Assembly (NCBI GenBank): GCA_036258795.1
Contig: DATACZ010000026.1
Span: 12,552 to 76,551 of the forward strand
Length of the DNA stretch: 64,000 nucleotides
Source of the DNA: Actinomycetota bacterium
GTDB taxonomy: Bacteria; Actinomycetota; CADDZG01; JAHWKV01
Direction of reading: 5' to 3'
The notes beneath the pieces were generated by a model. The model was not told the DNA's origin, did not search any database, and worked only from the letters and a program-made list of their open reading frames with translations. A program made the translations under genes and the position numbers. Positions 59,158-64,000 of the stretch are shown piece by piece; within the stretch, counting starts at the first letter, position 1; every line of letters begins with the position of its first letter.

Positions 59158-59802
59158 TCAGGCCCTCAGCACGAAGTCGAAGGAGCCTTCCTTTCCTCCG
59201 CCGGCCGAATCCCGCATGTCAATGACCAGCCTTTCGTCGAATATGCCGTCCCGCCGATTCTGTGCCACGCCGGGGAAGTAGAGCTGGGTGGTCAAGATGG
59301 GGCCTCTAGGTTCCTGCACCTTCACGTGGATATGCCGGGTCCGCCCGGAGTAATGGCCTGGAATGATCGTCTCTAGACGATAGCTGCCGGTGGGGTCCGT
59401 GAACTGGTGGCCCCGCAGCCGGTAGCCGCGATTGTCGTACTCCCCGTCGTTGTCCGCCTGCCAAAAGTCGAGCAGAGCGCGTGCCACTGGCTGGCAGTCG
59501 GTGTGCATCACCTTGCCGGTGAGTACCAGCCTGGTGCCATCGATGCCGCCCGCCAGGAGTGACGCTCGCTCCGGAGAGTTAGGTGTGAAGAACGGGCCCT
59601 CGGTCTGTGCGACGGTCGCTTGCTCGGGCTCCCCACATGATGGCGTAGGAGCCAAAGCCTGGGCGGCAGTAGGACTGGACGGGGCGCGAGCCGGGTTGGG
59701 CTCGGCTGAACGAATCTGGGGCGTGGTGGACTCACGCCTGCAAGCTGTCAGTGCGGCCGCTACCCCGGCGCTGACCATCGAGAGGAACTTGCGCCTGTTC
59801 AT
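59158..59802 (-). CDS. Tat-exported lipoprotein with an intradiol ring-cleavage dioxygenase-like domain
   Basis: 'NRRKFLSMVSAGVAAALTAC' (twin-arginine plus lipobox) and a dioxygenase-like 'HIHVKV'. Confidence 0.6.
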   Translation of the reverse strand: MNRRKFLSMVSAGVAAALTACRRESTTPQIRSAEPNPARAPSSPTAAQALAPTPSCGEPEQATVAQTEGPFFTPNSPERASLLAGGIDGTRLVLTGKVMHTDCQPVARALLDFWQADNDGEYDNRGYRLRGHQFTDPTGSYRLETIIPGHYSGRTRHIHVKVQEPRGPILTTQLYFPGVAQNRRDGIFDERLVIDMRDSAGGGKEGSFDFVLRA

Positions 59803-59848
59803 GGCTTCCTACGGAAAAGGATCCGGCGCTCCCGCGGTCCGGACGGAC

Positions 59849-61234
59849 CTAACGGCTCGCCGGAGCCCCCGCAAGCTCTTTCACAAGCTCTGCGGCGAAG
59901 CCCTTGGCATCACCGAAGAGCATCATGGTCTTGTCCATGTAGTAAAGGTCGTTGTCTATCCCGGCAAACCCCGGCGACATGCTGCGTTTGATGACCATCA
60001 CGGTCTGGGCCTTGTCGACATCGAGGATGGGCATGCCGTATATGGGGCTGCCCTCGTCGGTTCGTGCGGCAGGGTTGGTGACGTCATTGGCTCCGATGAC
60101 CAGGGCTACGTCGGCCTGGGGGAATTCGGAGTTGATCTCGTCCATGTCCAAGAGCCTGTCGTATGGAATGTCTGCCTCAGCAAGCAGCACGTTCATGTGA
60201 CCGGGCATTCGCCCGGCAACAGGGTGGATGGCGAACCTGACATCCGTTCCCTGCCGTGTCAGCACGTCGTAGAGCTCCCTGACTTTGTGCTGAGCCTGCG
60301 CCACCGCCATTCCGTATCCCGGAACGATGATTACCGACGAAGCGGCCTCCAAGATGGAGGCGGCCTCCTCTGCCGTGGCGCTTCGATAGGTTCGCTCCTC
60401 CTCTTCCCCGGCTTTGGCGGCAACCTGGCCGAAACCTCCGAACAGCACGTTGGCAAAAGAGCGATTCATCGCCCGGCACATGATGATGGACAGGATCAAG
60501 CCGGAGGATCCGTCGAGGGCTCCGGCGATGATCAACAGCTTGTTGTCCAGTACGAACCCCATCATCGCCGCAGCCAGTCCGGCATAAGCGTTCAGCAGTG
60601 AGATAACCGTCGGCATGTCGGCCCCACCTATGGGGATGATGAGCAGGATCCCAAACAAAAGCGACAGACCTATGAGGATGGGGAAGAGGCTGGTGGCTCC
60701 CGGGTTGGTGATGAGATAGGCCGCGATTGCCACCGCGGTGCCAAAGATGGTCAGGTTCACCACGTTCTGACCCCGATAGACGATCGGCCGTGTGGGCAGG
60801 ATGTCCTGCAACTTACCAAAAGCCATCAGTGATCCCGTGGTGGTCAGGAATCCCAGCACGACCTCCACGGCGAGAGCCCCCATGATGAAGGGCGAAAGCT
60901 CCTCGAGATGGAGGTAGTACTCGGCGGTGCCGACCAGCCCGGCCGCCAGGGCCCCAAAGGCGTGCGATATGGCGGTTCTCTGGGGTACGGCGGTCATCGG
61001 CATGAATACGGCAAGGGGTATTCCGATTGCGGACCCAACGAAGAACGCCACGAGGATCCACTCGTAGCTGACGATCTCCGCCCGGAGCAGTGTCCCGATC
61101 ACGGCCAGCAGCATGCCGATCTCTCCTGCCTTGACCCCTCGCCTTGCGGTCGTGGGGTGGCTCAGCCACTTGAGCGCAAGGATGAATCCAACCGCGGCCA
61201 GGACGTATGCGAACTCCACCACCCACTCGCTCAT
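59849..61234 (-). CDS. pntB: NAD(P) transhydrogenase subunit beta
   Basis: 461 aa, N-terminal TM bundle and a C-terminal NADP(H)-binding domain. Confidence 0.9.
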   Translation of the reverse strand: MSEWVVEFAYVLAAVGFILALKWLSHPTTARRGVKAGEIGMLLAVIGTLLRAEIVSYEWILVAFFVGSAIGIPLAVFMPMTAVPQRTAISHAFGALAAGLVGTAEYYLHLEELSPFIMGALAVEVVLGFLTTTGSLMAFGKLQDILPTRPIVYRGQNVVNLTIFGTAVAIAAYLITNPGATSLFPILIGLSLLFGILLIIPIGGADMPTVISLLNAYAGLAAAMMGFVLDNKLLIIAGALDGSSGLILSIIMCRAMNRSFANVLFGGFGQVAAKAGEEEERTYRSATAEEAASILEAASSVIIVPGYGMAVAQAQHKVRELYDVLTRQGTDVRFAIHPVAGRMPGHMNVLLAEADIPYDRLLDMDEINSEFPQADVALVIGANDVTNPAARTDEGSPIYGMPILDVDKAQTVMVIKRSMSPGFAGIDNDLYYMDKTMMLFGDAKGFAAELVKELAGAPASR

Positions 61235-61527
61235 GACTTCTCCGGCTCTCGCTTCTTGAACATCTTGAGCATCCGGTCGGTGATCATGAAGCCACCGACC
61301 ACGTTGGCCGTGGACGCCGTGACGGCGATGGTCCCCAGCAGAGTGGTAAAGGGACTACGTTCAGACCCGGCAAGGATGATGGAGCCGACCAGCGAGATGG
61401 CCGAGATGGCGTTTGTCAGGGACATAAGCGGGGTGTGAAGCAGGGGCGAAACCCTCCTTATGACCTCCAGGCCCAGGAAGGTAGCCAGCACGAATACGAT
61501 CAGACCGGTAAGCAGGTCGTCTTCCAT
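61231..61527 (-). CDS. pntAB: NAD(P) transhydrogenase subunit alpha part 2 (membrane)
   Basis: 98 aa, 3 TM, overlaps pntB. Confidence 0.85.
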   Translation of the reverse strand: MEDDLLTGLIVFVLATFLGLEVIRRVSPLLHTPLMSLTNAISAISLVGSIILAGSERSPFTTLLGTIAVTASTANVVGGFMITDRMLKMFKKREPEKS

Positions 61528-61560
61528 GTGTTGCTCTTAATCCCCCTTTCGGACTGGGCG

Positions 61561-62853
61561 TTACTTCTGGGCCGGCTCGGCTGGGGCCGGGGGCTGCTTT
61601 GGGGCGGCGGCCGGCGGAGCAGGCGATAGCTCTCCTGGCGGCGCGGCAGGAACCTCGGCCGGCTTGACCTCCGGAGTGAGCTCTTCCAAGCCCAAAGACC
61701 TTCTTATTCTCGGGTGGACCACCTCGCCGTCACGGGTCAAAAGGGTGTCCCGGATGATCTGATCCTCCATGTTGATGTTCACCTTGCCGTCTTTGGCCAG
61801 AGTCAGAAGAAAGGTGGCCACATTCTTTGAGTACATCGAGCTGGCGTGAAACGGCACGGTGGCCGGCAGATTGGTGGGGCCGTGAATCGTCACACCATGC
61901 TCGACGACCACCTCGTCCGGGCGGGTCAGCTCGCAGTTGCCTCCGCGCTCTGCCGCCAGATCGACGATTACCGAGCCCGGTTGCATCCCCGCCACCATCT
62001 CCCCTGTAATCAGCACAGGCGCTGGCTGTCCGGGAATCGCAGCTGTGGTTATCACCACGTCGTTGGCGGCAACGACCCGCGTCATCATCTCCCGCTGTTT
62101 GATCAGGATCTCTTCGTCCATCTTCTTGGCATAGCCACCGGTGTCCTCGGCCTCTCCGGTATCCAGATCCAATTCGACGAACTTGGCTCCGACGCTCTGG
62201 ACCTGCTCCTTGACTGCCGGACGAACGTCGTATGCCTCCACCACGGCTCCGAGCCGACGGGCGGTCGCGATCGCCTGAAGCCCAGCGACCCCTGCTCCAA
62301 CCACGAAGACACGTGCTGGGCGGATGGTTCCAGCTGCAGTGGTCAGCATCGGGAACATCTTGGGCAGCGACCCTGCCGCCAGCACAACGGCCTTGTACCC
62401 GCCGACTGTCGCCTGCGAAGAGAGCGCGTCCATACTCTGGGCCCTGGTTATCCGGGGCATCAGCTCCATTGCAAATACGGACACTTCGCTCTTGGCCAGC
62501 TCGGAGATTCCTTCGGCATTCGAGAGTGGGTCCGAGAAGCCCACCAGGACCTGGCCAGGGCGGAGAAGATCCAGGTCGCCCTTTCCCTTGTCGGGGTTAG
62601 AGCCGAAGGTGCGAACCTGGACGATGATGTCGGCAGCGGCGAAGACCTCTTTACGTGAATCGAGGATCCTCGCCCCCTTGTCGGCATAGGCCTCGTCGAG
62701 GAAGCCCGCAGCCTCACCGGCGCCGGTCTGTACGACAATTTCCATACCAGGCTTCTTGACGGAGGGCAGAGTCGCAGGGACGAGAGCCACTCTGGCTTCT
62801 CCCGGGAATGACTCGGTGGGAACCCCCACCGTAAGTCGCTGCTCGTCTGCCAT
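61561..62853 (-). CDS. pntAA: NAD(P) transhydrogenase subunit alpha part 1 (NAD-binding), with Pro/Ala-rich C-terminal tail
   Basis: An alanine-dehydrogenase-like fold and 'VFVVGAGVAGLQAIATARRLGAVV' Rossmann motif. Confidence 0.85.
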   Translation of the reverse strand: MADEQRLTVGVPTESFPGEARVALVPATLPSVKKPGMEIVVQTGAGEAAGFLDEAYADKGARILDSRKEVFAAADIIVQVRTFGSNPDKGKGDLDLLRPGQVLVGFSDPLSNAEGISELAKSEVSVFAMELMPRITRAQSMDALSSQATVGGYKAVVLAAGSLPKMFPMLTTAAGTIRPARVFVVGAGVAGLQAIATARRLGAVVEAYDVRPAVKEQVQSVGAKFVELDLDTGEAEDTGGYAKKMDEEILIKQREMMTRVVAANDVVITTAAIPGQPAPVLITGEMVAGMQPGSVIVDLAAERGGNCELTRPDEVVVEHGVTIHGPTNLPATVPFHASSMYSKNVATFLLTLAKDGKVNINMEDQIIRDTLLTRDGEVVHPRIRRSLGLEELTPEVKPAEVPAAPPGELSPAPPAAAPKQPPAPAEPAQK

Positions 62854-63256
62854 TTTCGCTGACCTCCTCCTTGCGCATCCTACCCCTACGAGGGAACCGT
62901 TCAGATACCCGAAAAGGTGTCGGCTTCAAAGCCCCGGCCGGCTTTCGCAGATGCGGCATTGCCAGGCTCCCCGCCGGCCAGATCAGCCGGGTCGATTAGG
63001 GTACTCGAAAGCCGTTGGTTTCCGATAGTCGCCGGGGCCTGTCTCGGCAAGTGATGAGGTCAACCGCGTGTTCCGACCCCGCTAATTCGAGCAGCTCTTC
63101 CATTGTTTGTTTGCCGGGATATGGGCATGCCCCTATACTGAATTAGCAGTTTAAAGCGCCCTCTGCGGCCGGAAATAATGCTTTGAAAGTGGGCTTTGCG
63201 CCCACTTTTTAGATTCTGGACCGGGTGGGTGAAGGCTGTCGATCCTTAGGGGGGAG

Positions 63257-63808
63257 GTGGTCGTGGCCCGGCTGGAAGTCAGCCCGTCGGTACGCCACAT
63301 CTGCAAGTCGGCAGCCGACCGCAGGCATCTGGAGCTCGTTGATGTAACCCTGCGTGACGCCGGGCGGCAGCGGGTGCTCGAGGTCATCCTCGACCGTCCC
63401 GACGGGGGCATATCAATGGACCTCGTCACGGAGGTTTCGCAGGAGATATCCCGGGCGCTCGACGACGACGACTCCATCCCGGGACGCTACATGCTGGAGG
63501 TTTCCTCAGCTGGGCTGGAACGTCCCTTGATTCGGCCTGCGGACTACCGCCGGTTCGAGGGAAGGGACATCCAGCTTAAGTTGCGGGAGCCCCTCGGCGG
63601 CAGGAAGCGGTTCGAGGGGCGAATTAGGTCTGCAGGTGAGGAGTCGTTTGAGTTGGAACTGGCGGATGGGACGGCATTTGAGATCCCGTTCGAGGGGGTT
63701 GCACGCGCGAATCTGGCAGTCGACTGGGCGCGGGAGCTTGCCGGGATTGAGAGCGACGAAGCAGGAATCAACCTGGCATCCGGGCGTCTAATGGAAGGAA
63801 CACAATGA
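63257..63808 (+). CDS. rimP: Ribosome maturation factor RimP
   Basis: 'LVDVTLRDAGRQRVLEVILDRPDGGISMDLVTEVSQEISRALD' is typical RimP. Confidence 0.85.
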   Translation: MVVARLEVSPSVRHICKSAADRRHLELVDVTLRDAGRQRVLEVILDRPDGGISMDLVTEVSQEISRALDDDDSIPGRYMLEVSSAGLERPLIRPADYRRFEGRDIQLKLREPLGGRKRFEGRIRSAGEESFELELADGTAFEIPFEGVARANLAVDWARELAGIESDEAGINLASGRLMEGTQ

Positions 63809-63880
63809 CCGAGCGAGGCAAGCTAGTCCAAGTCTTGCCTTTTCCGGCTCGCCGAGTGAACGTAGTGAGGGAGGGTGGCC
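63806..63880. repeat. Copy of the dispersed ~65-nt intergenic repeat (rimP-nusA spacer)
   Basis: 'GACCGAGCGAGGCAAGCTAGTCCAAGTCTTGCCTTTTCCGGCTCGCCGAGTGAACGTAGTGAGGGAGGG'. Confidence 0.65.
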
Positions 63881-63881
63881 G

Positions 63882-64000
63882 TTGAACCCTATAGATATGG
63901 ATGCGCTTCGCTTGGTCGAGCGCGAGAAGGGCATCTCGTTCGAGAGCGTGGTGGTGGCTCTCGAACAAGCTCTCGCGGCCGCCTACAAGCGTTCCCCACA
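63882..64000 (+). CDS. nusA: Transcription termination/antitermination factor NusA (5' part; continues beyond window)
   Basis: TTG start. 'LNPIDMDALRLVEREKGISFESVVVALEQALAAAYKR' aligns residue-for-residue with the E. coli NusA N-terminus. Confidence 0.8.
   Translation, partial: MNPIDMDALRLVEREKGISFESVVVALEQALAAAYKRSP

Overview
This is a high-GC (~63-65%) chromosomal segment with clear actinobacterial character: WhiB, DUF3499, F420 biosynthesis genes and the mec-cysO-cysM-murI-rph-rdgB synteny. Coding density is high on both strands. Modules, in order along the window:

(1) A GDP-6-deoxyhexose operon: gmd plus two SDR epimerase/reductases, with a partial ArnE/EamA-like membrane protein at the window edge.
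(2) A frameshifted DUF222/HNH endonuclease pseudogene.
(3) F420 genes cofE and cofD, divergent from fbiC.
(4) A whiB-associated envelope cluster: coiled-coil protein, a 1054-aa GT2 glycosyltransferase fused to a polytopic membrane domain, a membrane-anchored exported protein, a zincin metallopeptidase, an L,D-transpeptidase, a PDZ/TPR lipoprotein, DUF3499 and whiB.
(5) manB, Trm112-like, SIS-type PGI/PMI and ahcY.
(6) comF, hpf, secA, prfB (with the classic programmed +1 frameshift), ftsE, ftsX, an S41 protease, smpB and the tmRNA gene.
(7) An alpha-glucan cluster: a GT4 glycosyltransferase, a DUF4912-like protein, a 1200-aa GH57::GlgB fusion and a second GH57.
(8) selD encoded as a selenoprotein (in-frame UGA), followed by mec-cysO-cysM-murI-MBL-rph-rdgB.
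(9) A tRNA-bounded variable stretch, tRNA-Leu ... tRNA-Lys ... tRNA-His, carrying an orphan HicB-like gene, a DHFR-family gene and a disrupted HTH gene.
(10) A non-canonical glycine-reductase-like operon: grdE-like, grdB with an in-frame UGA (Sec), and a grdC-like gene, flanked by two FAD oxidoreductases.
(11) pheA, a Tat-dependent dioxygenase-like lipoprotein, pntAB, and rimP-nusA.

A dispersed ~65-nt intergenic repeat family occurs at three loci, and tandem intrinsic terminators (an sRNA or attenuator candidate) sit in the whiB-region divergent promoter. No CRISPR array, restriction-modification system, integrase or intact transposase was seen. Self-derived coordinates (tRNAs, Sec codons, hairpins) may be off by a few nt.
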